Origin: an uncultured Gammaproteobacteria bacterium
GTDB taxonomy: Bacteria > Pseudomonadota > Gammaproteobacteria > Steroidobacterales > Rariloculaceae
Length of the DNA stretch: 64,000 nucleotides
Assembly (NCBI GenBank): GCA_963817615.1
Contig: CAWFPH010000002.1
Span: 1,539,274-1,603,273 of the forward strand
Direction: 5' to 3'
The position numbers were made by a program, and so were the translations under genes. A model generated the notes under the pieces. It was not told where the DNA came from. It made no database searches and saw nothing but the letters and a program-made list of their open reading frames with translations. Positions 35,107-44,874 of this stretch are shown piece by piece; positions within the stretch are counted from its first letter, which is position 1; every line of letters begins with the position of its first letter.

Positions 35107-37320
35107 TCACCGCCTTCCCGACGCGAACTCGAGCAGCACCAGGTCCCCGCCGGAGTCCGTGGCATCCGCGGAATACAGCAGCTCGCGTCCGTCCGGAGAG
35201 ACGGTGAGCCCGAAGCTCGTGCTCGCCGGTGCGGGCGCGACGTCGCGCGCGGCATGGCGGGCGTAGTCGAAGAAGCGCCACGCGCGGGGCCGCCCGTCTT
35301 GGCTGCCGAGATAGAAGAAGCCGTCCGCCGTGGGAGCGATGCCGCCGAGCGGCGGAACGAAGTCGTCGACCAGCAGCTCTTCGGAAGCGCTCGCCGAGCC
35401 GTTCGCGAGCGCGCGCGAGAACACCCCCGGTTCTCGAGACTTCGAGTACAGCAGGCGCCGGCCGTCCTTGCTTTCGACGACCGAGTCACCCTCGAACAAC
35501 CGCTCCCTCACGCCGTCCGCGGCGCGGATGCGCAGCAGGTAATTGATGGTCCCGGCTTCCATTGCGTACACGTAGCGACCGTCGGCCGACCAACTGCCCG
35601 GGCAGCAGCCGCTCGCGAGCAGCCGTGGACTGCCTTCGTCGAGGTCCACCTCGTAGATCAGCCGCTCGTGGTTCGGCTTCGACGCATGAAACGCGATGCG
35701 CTTGCCGTCCGGCGACCAGCGCGGATAGCCCGTGACGTACTCGTCCAGGTTCGACAGCTGGCGCGGGCTCGAGCCATCGCCGCGCGCGACCCACAGCGCC
35801 ATCTTCCCGCTGCGATTGCTGATGAAAGCGAGCTCGCGGCCGTCCGGGGAAAAGGCGGGATGACGCTCGATCGACGTCGACTTCGCGCGCGGCACGGCGG
35901 GCCCGACGGGCACGTGCGTGGAAGGATCGAGCGGCAACGCCCAAATGTCGACGTCGGTCGGGCGGCTCACGGCAACGGCGCGCAGCCGGCCGCCGTGAGC
36001 GCCGAACGACACCATCTTGCCCATCGTCATTTCCGGGGGCAGCGTGTGAACGAGCCTGACGGCGCCGCCGACGCGCCACTCGAGAATACTGCCGCCCTCG
36101 ACGAAGCGAAGGTGCTCGCCGTCGGCAGACCACGCGAGCGAATGCATCACGCCGGGCGCCACACCGGGGACGGGCTCCGGCGGCCCTTCGGGCACGTAGC
36201 CGCGGCCGAGTGTTTGCACCATGAGCGTGGGCAAGCGCTCGTCGCGGTGGTAGCGCGTGAACGCGAACCGCCGCCCGTCGCGCGAGAACGCGGGCGACGT
36301 GTCGTAGTCGCGAGGATCGCGGGCGAGCGGCCATGGGCTCACGGCGCCCGACTCGAGATCGAGGCGATGAAACGCGTAGGTCGGTGTGTCGTTGGGGCCC
36401 GCGACCTCGGTCGTATAGAGCAGCGCCTTGCCGTCGGGCGTCCAGGCGAGCAGCGGATACCCGTCAACGGATATCCAAAACGCACGCCCCGATGCGACCG
36501 TGCGCTCGGCGCCGCCGAGCGCGGGAACCACCACGACGTCGAACCGCGACTGGTCGAAGCGGCGCATGAGCGCGATGCGTTCGCCGTCGGGTGACCATGC
36601 CGGGCTCGAATCGAGCCCTTCGGACGCCCGCGTCAGCTCGAGCGGCACGCCGGCGCTCACTTGCGCCACGTAGATGTCGCTATGGTTCGGCCTCTCGTCC
36701 GAAGAGAACGCGACCGTCGACCCGTCGGGCGATAGGGCCGGAGTTTCCTCGTCGCTGGGAGACGTGGTCACGGGCGCGATGGCCTCGACGCCGCCGAGCG
36801 TGTCGGTATCCGTCCCGGAACGATGCGCAAGACCTAGGGCGACGAGCGCCCCGGCTCCGAGCAGCACGGCGCCGCCGGCGAGCGCGCGGACGAAGATCCG
36901 GCGTCCGCGTGCGGGCGCGCGTACGGCCACGCCTGCGATCGGCGCAGCTCCGACGTCGTCGGCGGCGGGCGCAATCGTCACCGGCGTGACGAATTGATAG
37001 CCGCGTCCGGCGACCGTCGCGATATGGGCGCTCCCGATCGCGCGGCGCAATGCGGCGATGGCCTGGTTGAGGTTGTTGTCCTCCACGACGGCACGCGGCC
37101 ACAGCGCCTCGATCAGCGTGGTGCGCTCGATGAGATCTCCGGCGTGCTCGACGAGGTAAACCAGCGCGTCGAACGCTTTCGGCGTGAGCTTCACCGCAGC
37201 GCCGTCGGCATCCAGCAGCTGCCGGCGCGAGGGTTCCAAGCAGAACCCCGCGAACAGGTAGCGATCGTGAGAATTCGACCCGGCCATACCGGAGCCGCCG
37301 TCCATCCTGTGGCGTTTCAC
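35107..37320 (-). CDS. CadC/OmpR-type winged-helix regulator fused to TM segment and TolB-like (PD40) beta-propeller
   Basis: The N-terminal trans_reg_C motif is YLFAGFCLEPSRRQLL...VKLTPKAFDALVYLVEHAGDLIERTTLIEALWP...AGRGYQF. One hydrophobic segment (GGAVLLGAGALVALGLA) follows. After that come at least 8 PD40-like repeats (SPDG..(I/V)AF). Confidence 0.8.
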   Translation of the reverse strand: MKRHRMDGGSGMAGSNSHDRYLFAGFCLEPSRRQLLDADGAAVKLTPKAFDALVYLVEHAGDLIERTTLIEALWPRAVVEDNNLNQAIAALRRAIGSAHIATVAGRGYQFVTPVTIAPAADDVGAAPIAGVAVRAPARGRRIFVRALAGGAVLLGAGALVALGLAHRSGTDTDTLGGVEAIAPVTTSPSDEETPALSPDGSTVAFSSDERPNHSDIYVAQVSAGVPLELTRASEGLDSSPAWSPDGERIALMRRFDQSRFDVVVVPALGGAERTVASGRAFWISVDGYPLLAWTPDGKALLYTTEVAGPNDTPTYAFHRLDLESGAVSPWPLARDPRDYDTSPAFSRDGRRFAFTRYHRDERLPTLMVQTLGRGYVPEGPPEPVPGVAPGVMHSLAWSADGEHLRFVEGGSILEWRVGGAVRLVHTLPPEMTMGKMVSFGAHGGRLRAVAVSRPTDVDIWALPLDPSTHVPVGPAVPRAKSTSIERHPAFSPDGRELAFISNRSGKMALWVARGDGSSPRQLSNLDEYVTGYPRWSPDGKRIAFHASKPNHERLIYEVDLDEGSPRLLASGCCPGSWSADGRYVYAMEAGTINYLLRIRAADGVRERLFEGDSVVESKDGRRLLYSKSREPGVFSRALANGSASASEELLVDDFVPPLGGIAPTADGFFYLGSQDGRPRAWRFFDYARHAARDVAPAPASTSFGLTVSPDGRELLYSADATDSGGDLVLLEFASGRR

Positions 37321-37417
37321 GCCCTTTCATACGGGCGCCGTTCTTCTTCATACGCCGCAGCGTTTTATACCAACGACGGTCGGCTGTTAACAGCCTGCCC
37401 CCTTTCCCTCAACCCAT

Positions 37418-38068
37418 ATGGAGCTTATCGAAATGAGAACGATACGAACGAGACGCCCCGCTTTGGGCTACGTCTTGGGTTTCGGCTTGGCGGCCCTCGG
37501 CGGACAGGCCCACGCGGGCTGTTTGAGTGGCCTGGTCGGGGACCTTGCGACGCCCGGCAAATCGGCGGCCCCCGTCCCGGCGCCGCAGTCGACGCATTTC
37601 ACGCAGGCGGCCTATCGGCCGGGCGATTTCACCGGTCCGAAGTTCCTGCAGGTCGGCGATCGGAGGGACGACGACGAGCCCATCGTCGGACTGTGGCAGT
37701 TCAAGCTCAACGGCGGCATGGATTTTGGTACGCAAGCGTGGCATGCCGACGGCACCGAGCTCATGTTCTCCGCCGGTCGGGATCCCGCGACCGGCGACAT
37801 CTGCCAAGGCGTCTGGCGGAAGGTCGGGCCGCGGGCGTATACGCTCAATCACATCGCAATGGGCTACGACCAAGGGTTCGGCGGACCGCTTTTCCGCGTG
37901 CACATTCACGCGATCGTGAAGGTCGACCGCTCGGGGCGGGCGTTTTCCGGCACCTTCGACGCCGTCGTCTGCACGGAAACGGATTTGACGGATCCGTTTC
38001 AGGAAACCAACAACTGCGTGACGCCGCCGACCGGAACCATCAGCGGGACCTGGGTGAAACCAGACTGA
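37418..38068 (+). CDS. secreted hypothetical protein
   Basis: 216-aa ORF (an alternative ATG lies at 37433). The signal peptide is LGYVLGFGLAALGGQAHA. It is divergent from the CadC-like regulator. No family recognised. Confidence 0.6.
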   Translation: MELIEMRTIRTRRPALGYVLGFGLAALGGQAHAGCLSGLVGDLATPGKSAAPVPAPQSTHFTQAAYRPGDFTGPKFLQVGDRRDDDEPIVGLWQFKLNGGMDFGTQAWHADGTELMFSAGRDPATGDICQGVWRKVGPRAYTLNHIAMGYDQGFGGPLFRVHIHAIVKVDRSGRAFSGTFDAVVCTETDLTDPFQETNNCVTPPTGTISGTWVKPD

Positions 38069-38294
38069 GGGTACGCTGCGCCGCCGCGGGGTTGCGGCGG
38101 CGCAGCGATTTCCGGGCCGCCAGCGTCGGCCCCGGGCCCGCCTCAGGCGTCGGACTGCCCGTTCGCTCCACCGCGACTCCCACCGGTCGTGCCAGACTCG
38201 CGCCGATTTTCTGCTCGTGCACCGCGGTTACACCGGTGCGCGTCGCGGGCCGGAGTTAAGATTGCGACCAGCCGGATCGCAGAAGGAGATTCCG

Positions 38295-39506
38295 ATGAGG
38301 GTGTCGTCGACCGCGTGGGTCGCCGCCGTGCTGCTTGCGTCCGCGTCCGTATCCGCGCAACCGAATCGCGTGACGATCACGTTGACGGGCCAGTCGATGA
38401 TTCGATCGGACCTGCGCGCGACGGCGCCCGACGCCGTCCCGAGAATCCGCTCGCTCGTGCAGGGCGACGTCGTGTTCACGAACTTCGAGGGCGTGGTCGC
38501 CGAGGCCGGGCAATCGGTGACGAGCGGCGGGCGCGGCTTCCTCGCGCCGGCGGCCGCGCTCGACGCGCTCGCGACGCTGGGCTTCAACCTACTGTCGTTG
38601 TCGAACAATCACGCCTTCGATTTGAAAGAGGCGGGCATCGGCAACACGCTGCGCGAGGTCGAGCGCCGCGGCATTGCGCACGCCGGCATTGGTGCGACGC
38701 TCGCAGAGGCGGCGGCGCCGGCCTACCTGCGTGTCGGCAACGCGACCGTCGCTCTCGTCGCGAGCGCCTCTGGGCTCATCGCGCCGGGCGGCGCCGCGCG
38801 GGCGGACGGCGCCGGCGTGAACGAGCTGCGCGTCATGGCCGGCAACGCCGTCAACGAGGCGAACGCGGATCTGCCCGACGCGCCGCGCAACGTTGCGAAT
38901 CCCGAGGACGCGGCGCGCATTCTGCAGGCCATCCGCGAGGCGAAACGACGCGCCGACCTCGTCATCGTCTATCAGCACAACCATGTGTTCGGCAACAAGT
39001 CGTTCAACACGATCTTCTCCGAGGGCATGGCCGAGCGGCTCGAGCCGAACGCATGGCTCGAGGACTGGACGCACGCGGAGGTGGAAGCCGGTGCCGACGT
39101 CGTCGTCATGCACGGCGCTCCGCTCCTGCACGGTGTCGAGATCTTTCGCGGCAAGCCGATCTTCTACGACCTCGGCAACTTCATCTACAACCTGCCGCCG
39201 GCGATCACGTACATCTCGGAGCCGATGGCCTGGGAGAGCGTCGTCGCGAATCTGGAGTTCGAAGGCAAGGCGCTGCGATCGATCACGCTCCATCCGATCG
39301 CGCTGAACTACATGGGCAACGGCCAGCCGGACGTTCACAGCCAATACACCAACAACGAGTTCCTGCAGACACGCGGGCTTCCGTCGGCCGCGGAGGGCGC
39401 GCAGGCGCGCTACATCCTCGAGCGAATCGCTGAGCTGTCGAAGCCGTTCGGGACCCGGATCATGATCGGCGGCGGGGCCGCTAGCGTCGAGCTCCGCGAT
39501 CACTGA
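38295..39506 (+). CDS. secreted CapA family (PGA_cap metallophosphatase-like) protein
   Basis: ATG follows GAAGGAG. The signal peptide is VAAVLLASASVSAQP. The CapA motifs are VVFTNFEGV and LSLSNNHAFD. Confidence 0.8.
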   Translation: MRVSSTAWVAAVLLASASVSAQPNRVTITLTGQSMIRSDLRATAPDAVPRIRSLVQGDVVFTNFEGVVAEAGQSVTSGGRGFLAPAAALDALATLGFNLLSLSNNHAFDLKEAGIGNTLREVERRGIAHAGIGATLAEAAAPAYLRVGNATVALVASASGLIAPGGAARADGAGVNELRVMAGNAVNEANADLPDAPRNVANPEDAARILQAIREAKRRADLVIVYQHNHVFGNKSFNTIFSEGMAERLEPNAWLEDWTHAEVEAGADVVVMHGAPLLHGVEIFRGKPIFYDLGNFIYNLPPAITYISEPMAWESVVANLEFEGKALRSITLHPIALNYMGNGQPDVHSQYTNNEFLQTRGLPSAAEGAQARYILERIAELSKPFGTRIMIGGGAASVELRDH

Positions 39507-39646
39507 GGCGGCCGGAGCGCGTCGGCGACGCGCGTAAGCGCTCGTCGAATGCGCTCTCCGTTCGCGACCGTGGGTCGCGTGCCGTCTTGCTCGGCCGGAG
39601 TCGACTCGCCACCATTGGCTGCCGACGCAGATTGGGGAAGCTCGCG

Positions 39647-41404
39647 ATGGTCGAACGTCACGCCGCGGTGCCGTTTCAGGCGCATGTCGAGCTTCTCGAA
39701 TCGTTTCTCGCGCATCACGATGAAATCGTCGAGAAGATCGCAGCGCTTCTGAACGCCCAACGCAAGCCGATCCAATACCTGCAGAACCTTCCGCTTTTGT
39801 CCCGTCACTTCGGCGACTGCTTCTTCGGCCTTCCTGAAGTCACTCAGGACCAATCTCGTCTGAGGGGCCAATTGGAAGAAGCGCATTGGGCCAGTGGCTT
39901 CAGGCCTAGCCGGAGTCCTGGCCTGCACAACGACCTCGTGGACCCGGCGGAGATGATGGTGCGCGGCTTTCATCTATGGCGGCAGACGCGTTGGCCGGGC
40001 CGCAATGGCCGCATTCGATATGCGCACACGCTGTTCAACTTGCATCTGATCCGCTGCCTGGCGTTGTTGAGCATGCGGCTGTGGGACGTCGACTCGAGCA
40101 GCCCCGCCGAGAGGCTGACCCAAGTTCAGTCCGTGCTCGACCGGCTCTGGAGAGCTACGCCGGCGGATCAGCCGGTGCTCGTACGGGACGCACGCTGGCT
40201 GATCCCGGTGGCGCAGAGCCCGACGACGGAGGAATTGGCGGCGTATTTCGAAGTCGGCGAACGAATCGCGACGACTCTCGGCGAAGAGGATCGGATCGAG
40301 ATCCACAAAGCCGTGGTTCGGCTGGCCGGGGGGCACCTGCGCTCGCAGCTTCGCCATCAGTCCATGACGGCGGGCACGTCTCTCGACGACGACCAGCTGA
40401 TTCTGAGCACGCGCAGATCCAATGCGCTCGATTTCGCCCTGCTCGTTCAGGGCCTCGTGCCCCTGCTCGAAGCTTACGAGCACGCCGCGCACAGTGGCGA
40501 CAGAGGAAAGCGGCTCGAATTGGCGGACGCCATTTGTCAGGGCATGTCCCCCGATCCGGAGCTGTTCTTGAATTGCGTCGACTTGCTCGGTCCTTACACC
40601 ATGATCGAGCACGTCTTCGTAACGACGGATCGCGATGGGCGGGCCGTTCATACGCCGATGGGACGGCGACACGTTCAGCTGCTCGAAGAGCTCAAAGCGC
40701 GGATCGGTCGCTCCTCGAAGCCCTTGTGCGAGGATTGTGCGTCTTTCAGACCCGGCGCCCGCGCCTATTCTCCGTATGGCGTCCTCTATGGATTTTCCTC
40801 GAACCTCATCGAGCACATGGCGCTGAAGACCCTGCAGCCCGATGCCGCGCCGCCCTTCAGCCTGGAGGACGTGTTCGTCGGCGGTGACGCCGACAAGCTG
40901 TCGTGGGTGAACGGCTGGCGCAAGTTGCCGCACATCCCGGCCGAGGTGGCGAGGCTGTTCGACTATCCGCAACGGTTCGCCGAAGACATTTTCGCTCGGA
41001 TCGAGCGGGCGCTGCGCACGCGTGTGACCGATGACGAGGCGAACGCCGTCGTTCGAACCGGCCGCTTATTCATCCTGCCCGACGATGCCGCTGATTCGGA
41101 GGCGACACGGATTCCGGATCTGCCGGTTTGGTATGTCAAATCGTCGGATCCGCAGCTCGTCGCGGCGCACAAGGCTCATCCCTATGAGCAAGCGCAGCTC
41201 TCGCACGATCGGCAAGAGGGCTATTTCCTCGTCAGCTACGAGACCTCGGGCGGCTGGACCGCCCTCACGAAGGACATCCTCACCGAAGTCCTGGGTGCCG
41301 GGCACGACGTGAGGCTCGTCGGTTTGCCCCGCGGGCCCGCCGAGGTGTTGAAGTTGATGTGCTCCGATCTGGCCATTCTTCCGGAAACCCTCCCGCCTCG
41401 CTAA
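39647..41404 (+). CDS. hypothetical cytoplasmic protein (585 aa), family unknown
   Basis: A long uninterrupted frame with non-junk composition and GC-rich third positions. The alternative frames on both strands are Arg-rich shadows. No signal peptide and no motif I recognise. Confidence 0.65.
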   Translation: MVERHAAVPFQAHVELLESFLAHHDEIVEKIAALLNAQRKPIQYLQNLPLLSRHFGDCFFGLPEVTQDQSRLRGQLEEAHWASGFRPSRSPGLHNDLVDPAEMMVRGFHLWRQTRWPGRNGRIRYAHTLFNLHLIRCLALLSMRLWDVDSSSPAERLTQVQSVLDRLWRATPADQPVLVRDARWLIPVAQSPTTEELAAYFEVGERIATTLGEEDRIEIHKAVVRLAGGHLRSQLRHQSMTAGTSLDDDQLILSTRRSNALDFALLVQGLVPLLEAYEHAAHSGDRGKRLELADAICQGMSPDPELFLNCVDLLGPYTMIEHVFVTTDRDGRAVHTPMGRRHVQLLEELKARIGRSSKPLCEDCASFRPGARAYSPYGVLYGFSSNLIEHMALKTLQPDAAPPFSLEDVFVGGDADKLSWVNGWRKLPHIPAEVARLFDYPQRFAEDIFARIERALRTRVTDDEANAVVRTGRLFILPDDAADSEATRIPDLPVWYVKSSDPQLVAAHKAHPYEQAQLSHDRQEGYFLVSYETSGGWTALTKDILTEVLGAGHDVRLVGLPRGPAEVLKLMCSDLAILPETLPPR

Positions 41405-41765
41405 GCGACCGCGATTGCGCCGGTGCTCGAGGGCGCCCGCCTTGTCGTCGCGCAATCACGTTCGTCGCCTGCGAACGGCGGACGTCACGCGGATCTTGCA
41501 GCGAGCAACGGGACGTACGTTACCGAACGACGCGCTCCGAGGCGTGCGGCGTCGGGGCGACACGGGTAGTGACACCTACCTGTCTCACCAGGGACCTCCT
41601 CAGCCCGTATACATGATGCGAAACTTTTGGCTCTTCCAATTACAGATTGGCCGTTCTCCCTCTCCTGCCGCGGAGGACTGTCGTAACAGACCGGACGAGG
41701 CCGGGGAGAGAAGACCGATACGCGATCGCAAAAAAACATCATTTGGTGCAAGGGGAACGGGGGGA

Positions 41766-44700
41766 ATGATGATTTCTAAAAACAAGTCAAAGGCTTACAA
41801 ATCGACAGTATTCGCGGGCGCTTGCCTGGTGCTCGGCCGAGCGGCCTACGGCCAACCACCTGCCGCTCCGGCCGCGGCTCAGCCGAGCCAGCCCGTCGAG
41901 CAAGTCGTGGTCACGGGATCGCGCATCGTGCGGCGGGATCTCAATGCGCCGAGCCCGATCCTGACGGTGGATCAGCAGGTTTTCGAGCAGACGAGCAGCG
42001 TCAGCGTCGAGGGCGTTCTGAACCAGTACCCGCAGTTCAATCCCGGCGCGACGCAGTTCAACGAAGCGGCCGAGATTCAGCCCACGGCCACGACGTCGCC
42101 CGGCGCCACGACGCTCGACATGCGGGGTCTCGGCCCGAGCAGAAGCCTCGTGCTCATCGACGGTCGTCGCGCGCAGCCCGTGAACGCCGCGATGGCCGTG
42201 GACGTGAACATGATCCCGACGGAAGCCATCGCTTCCGTGGAGGTCATCAGCGGCGGCGCGGCCGCCACCTACGGGCCCGATGCCATGGCGGGCGTCGTGA
42301 ACTTCAAGCTGAAAGACGACTTCCAGGGCGTGGACGTCAGCGCCCAGACGGGCAGCACCGAGGCCGGCGACGGCGCGGAGACGAAGTTCAGCGTGCTGAT
42401 GGGCGGCAATTTCGCCGAGGGCCGGGGCAACGCGATGATCGCGCTCGGCTACGCGCGGCGCGATCCCTCCTGGCAGTTGAACCGCGACTTCTATATGGAA
42501 GGGTTCACCGATCCGGGCACGCGGCCCACGTATCCGCGTATCGACTACCCCTACTACACGCCCGATCGCGCGAACCTGCCGTCGCAGGCGGCCGTCGATC
42601 AGGTGCTCGGGGTATCGGGGCTCTCGCTGACCGCGGATTTCTACACGAACCCCGCGGACGGAACGGTCTTTCGTAAGGAGGGCCCGGTCGGCTACACCGG
42701 CCCCACGACGTTTCCGTACAAGGTGTACGCCAACGTGTTGGACGAAGGCAGCCCCCGGGCCTACGTATCGACCCCGTTGAACCGCCGCTCCGGTTTCGCG
42801 AGAACGACGTACGATCTGACGGACAACCTCTCGCTGTTCGCGCAGGGCACGTTCGTCCTTACGAGCGTCAACACGGTGCTGTTCCCGACGCCGCTCACGA
42901 ACGATTTGGTGCCGAGGAACCCGGCGCTCGAGCCCGCGGAGCTCAGGACGTTGCTCGATTCTCGACCGTCACCCGACGCAGACTACACGGTCAACCGCCT
43001 CGCCTACTGGATGCCCAATCGCGCGTCGACGAACGACACGTCGCTCGACGAGTTCGTGGCCGGCGTCAACGGCAAGCTGGCGAAGTCCGATTGGACGTGG
43101 ACGGCCTACACGTCGTACGGCAAGACCACCCTGCTCACGGCCATGGACAGCTTCGTGCGGCTCGCGAGCTACGCAGACCTTTTGGCGCAACCCAATTTCG
43201 GCAAGGGGGGCTCCGTCACGCGCACGGCCGCCAACAGCAGCAACCAGCAGACGTTCACTTGCACGAGCGGGTTGCCGCTGTACGAGCCGTGGATTCTCCA
43301 GGGCGCGAAGGGGCAGGTGCATTACCTGAGCAACTTCCAGCTCTCGCAGGATTGCGTCAATGCCGTCACTGCCCGTCTGACCCAACTCAACCGGGTCGAG
43401 CAGCGAATCGGCGAGGTCGACTTCCAAGGCAAGCTCGCCGACATGCACGCCGGCGAGCTGCGCGGCGCTTTCGGCGCCAGCACGCGGAAGAACTCGAGCG
43501 CGTTCGAGCCGGACGACGAGTTCCTTGCCACGACGCCTGCGGCCGGTGAAACGAGCGTCGATGAGATCTACGCCGAAATTCTCTTGCCGGTGGTGAAGAG
43601 GTTCGACTTCGAGCTCGGCGCGCGGTATTCGGACTTCAAGACCGGCGACGCCGATCCCGTCAAGGTCGGCTCGTACAAGGCGCTCTTCAACTGGACGGCG
43701 ACGGATTCGCTGCGCGTTCGCGGCGGTTGGCAGCGCGCGAACCGCACGCCGAACGTGGCGGAGCTGTACTCCGGTCCGACCGCGCAGGTCGTGGCCTTCC
43801 CGAACGGCGACGCTTGCCGCGCAGACACGCGCAACGCCTGGGGCAACACGCCGAGCAATCCGAACCGGGCGCAGGTGCAGCAGCTGTGCTCCGCGCTGAT
43901 CTACAAATCCGGCGGCATTCCTAACCAGAACGTGTTCGACTCGGACCCGAGCAATTTTCCGTTCGACGGGTCGGCAGAGTATCCCTATCTCAATATGAGC
44001 TCCGCCGGCAATCCGAAACTGCAACCGGAGGTGGCCGACACGTACACGGCGGGACTCGTTTGGCAGGCGGCCGGGCCGAGCCTCTCGGTGTCGGCCGACT
44101 GGTACCGCATCGGCATCGACAACGTCGTGGCGCTGCTTCAGGGGAGCTCCGCCGTTCTGCTGTACTATCAACAATGCTTCAACGCTGATGGACACAGCAA
44201 TCCGACGTACTCGGTCAACAACGTGTATTGCCAGGCGATCGAGCGGGACCCGACCGCCGGAACCCCGTCGGTCATCAACGGCGGCTATTTCAACCTCAGC
44301 AAACGGCGCACGTCGGGTATCGATCTCAGTGTCAACTGGCGGCGGCGGCTCGAAAAGGTCGGCGGAACGTTCGGCATCATCAGCTCGACGAACTATCTGT
44401 TCAATTGGGAACAGCCGGCGAGCGACCAACCCGATTCGCCGCTGCTCGATTACGCCGGCTCGGGCGAGAACCTCAAGTACCGGTTGTTCACGCAGTTCTC
44501 TTATACGCGGGAAAAGCTGAGCCTCGGCTTGAATTGGCGGTATATACCCGAGACTACGAACGTGAACGTCGTGACGAACACCAACGACACACGCCTGCCG
44601 ACGAGCGCATACAACCTATTCAACCTGAGCGCATCGTGGCAGTTCTCGGCGAAGTTCAGATTCCGCGGCGGCATCGACAATCTCTTCGACAAGGATCCGC

Positions 44701-44822
44701 CGATCGTCGGGGCCGACCCGTACAACTCGAGGCAACCGGACAACAGCCTCGGCTACACGGACGCGAGCCTATATGACACGTTGGGGCGACGCTTCTATCT
44801 GGCGGCATCCGTGAGCTTTTAG
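41766..44822 (+). CDS. TonB-dependent receptor
   Basis: ATG-ATG at 41766, a signal peptide, and a TonB-box/plug region (EQVVVTGSRI ... VLIDGRR). A long beta-barrel ends RRFYLAASVSF (terminal Phe). Confidence 0.9.
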   Translation: MMISKNKSKAYKSTVFAGACLVLGRAAYGQPPAAPAAAQPSQPVEQVVVTGSRIVRRDLNAPSPILTVDQQVFEQTSSVSVEGVLNQYPQFNPGATQFNEAAEIQPTATTSPGATTLDMRGLGPSRSLVLIDGRRAQPVNAAMAVDVNMIPTEAIASVEVISGGAAATYGPDAMAGVVNFKLKDDFQGVDVSAQTGSTEAGDGAETKFSVLMGGNFAEGRGNAMIALGYARRDPSWQLNRDFYMEGFTDPGTRPTYPRIDYPYYTPDRANLPSQAAVDQVLGVSGLSLTADFYTNPADGTVFRKEGPVGYTGPTTFPYKVYANVLDEGSPRAYVSTPLNRRSGFARTTYDLTDNLSLFAQGTFVLTSVNTVLFPTPLTNDLVPRNPALEPAELRTLLDSRPSPDADYTVNRLAYWMPNRASTNDTSLDEFVAGVNGKLAKSDWTWTAYTSYGKTTLLTAMDSFVRLASYADLLAQPNFGKGGSVTRTAANSSNQQTFTCTSGLPLYEPWILQGAKGQVHYLSNFQLSQDCVNAVTARLTQLNRVEQRIGEVDFQGKLADMHAGELRGAFGASTRKNSSAFEPDDEFLATTPAAGETSVDEIYAEILLPVVKRFDFELGARYSDFKTGDADPVKVGSYKALFNWTATDSLRVRGGWQRANRTPNVAELYSGPTAQVVAFPNGDACRADTRNAWGNTPSNPNRAQVQQLCSALIYKSGGIPNQNVFDSDPSNFPFDGSAEYPYLNMSSAGNPKLQPEVADTYTAGLVWQAAGPSLSVSADWYRIGIDNVVALLQGSSAVLLYYQQCFNADGHSNPTYSVNNVYCQAIERDPTAGTPSVINGGYFNLSKRRTSGIDLSVNWRRRLEKVGGTFGIISSTNYLFNWEQPASDQPDSPLLDYAGSGENLKYRLFTQFSYTREKLSLGLNWRYIPETTNVNVVTNTNDTRLPTSAYNLFNLSASWQFSAKFRFRGGIDNLFDKDPPIVGADPYNSRQPDNSLGYTDASLYDTLGRRFYLAASVSF

Positions 44823-44874
44823 ATTGGAACGAGTCGTCGAACGAAGGGCCAAAAGGAAAGAGGTAAGGTGACCA

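Noticed and set aside
39500-39973. 157-aa minus-strand ORF overlapping the 5' end of the 585-aa gene, with fairly protein-like composition and GC-rich third positions
   Set aside because: It shares third-codon positions with the plus-strand frame, so its statistics are mirrored. It would need a promoter inside the long gene, and the plus frame continues unbroken for 585 codons. It cannot be fully excluded without expression data.
41405-41765. 360-bp leader upstream of the TonB-dependent receptor, considered as a possible cobalamin or other riboswitch. It includes the partial complementarity TTCTCCCTCTCC / GGGGAGAGAAG.
   Set aside because: I could find no B12-box or other riboswitch core sequence, and the complementarity is imperfect. 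It would need a covariance-model scan (Rfam/Infernal) to decide.
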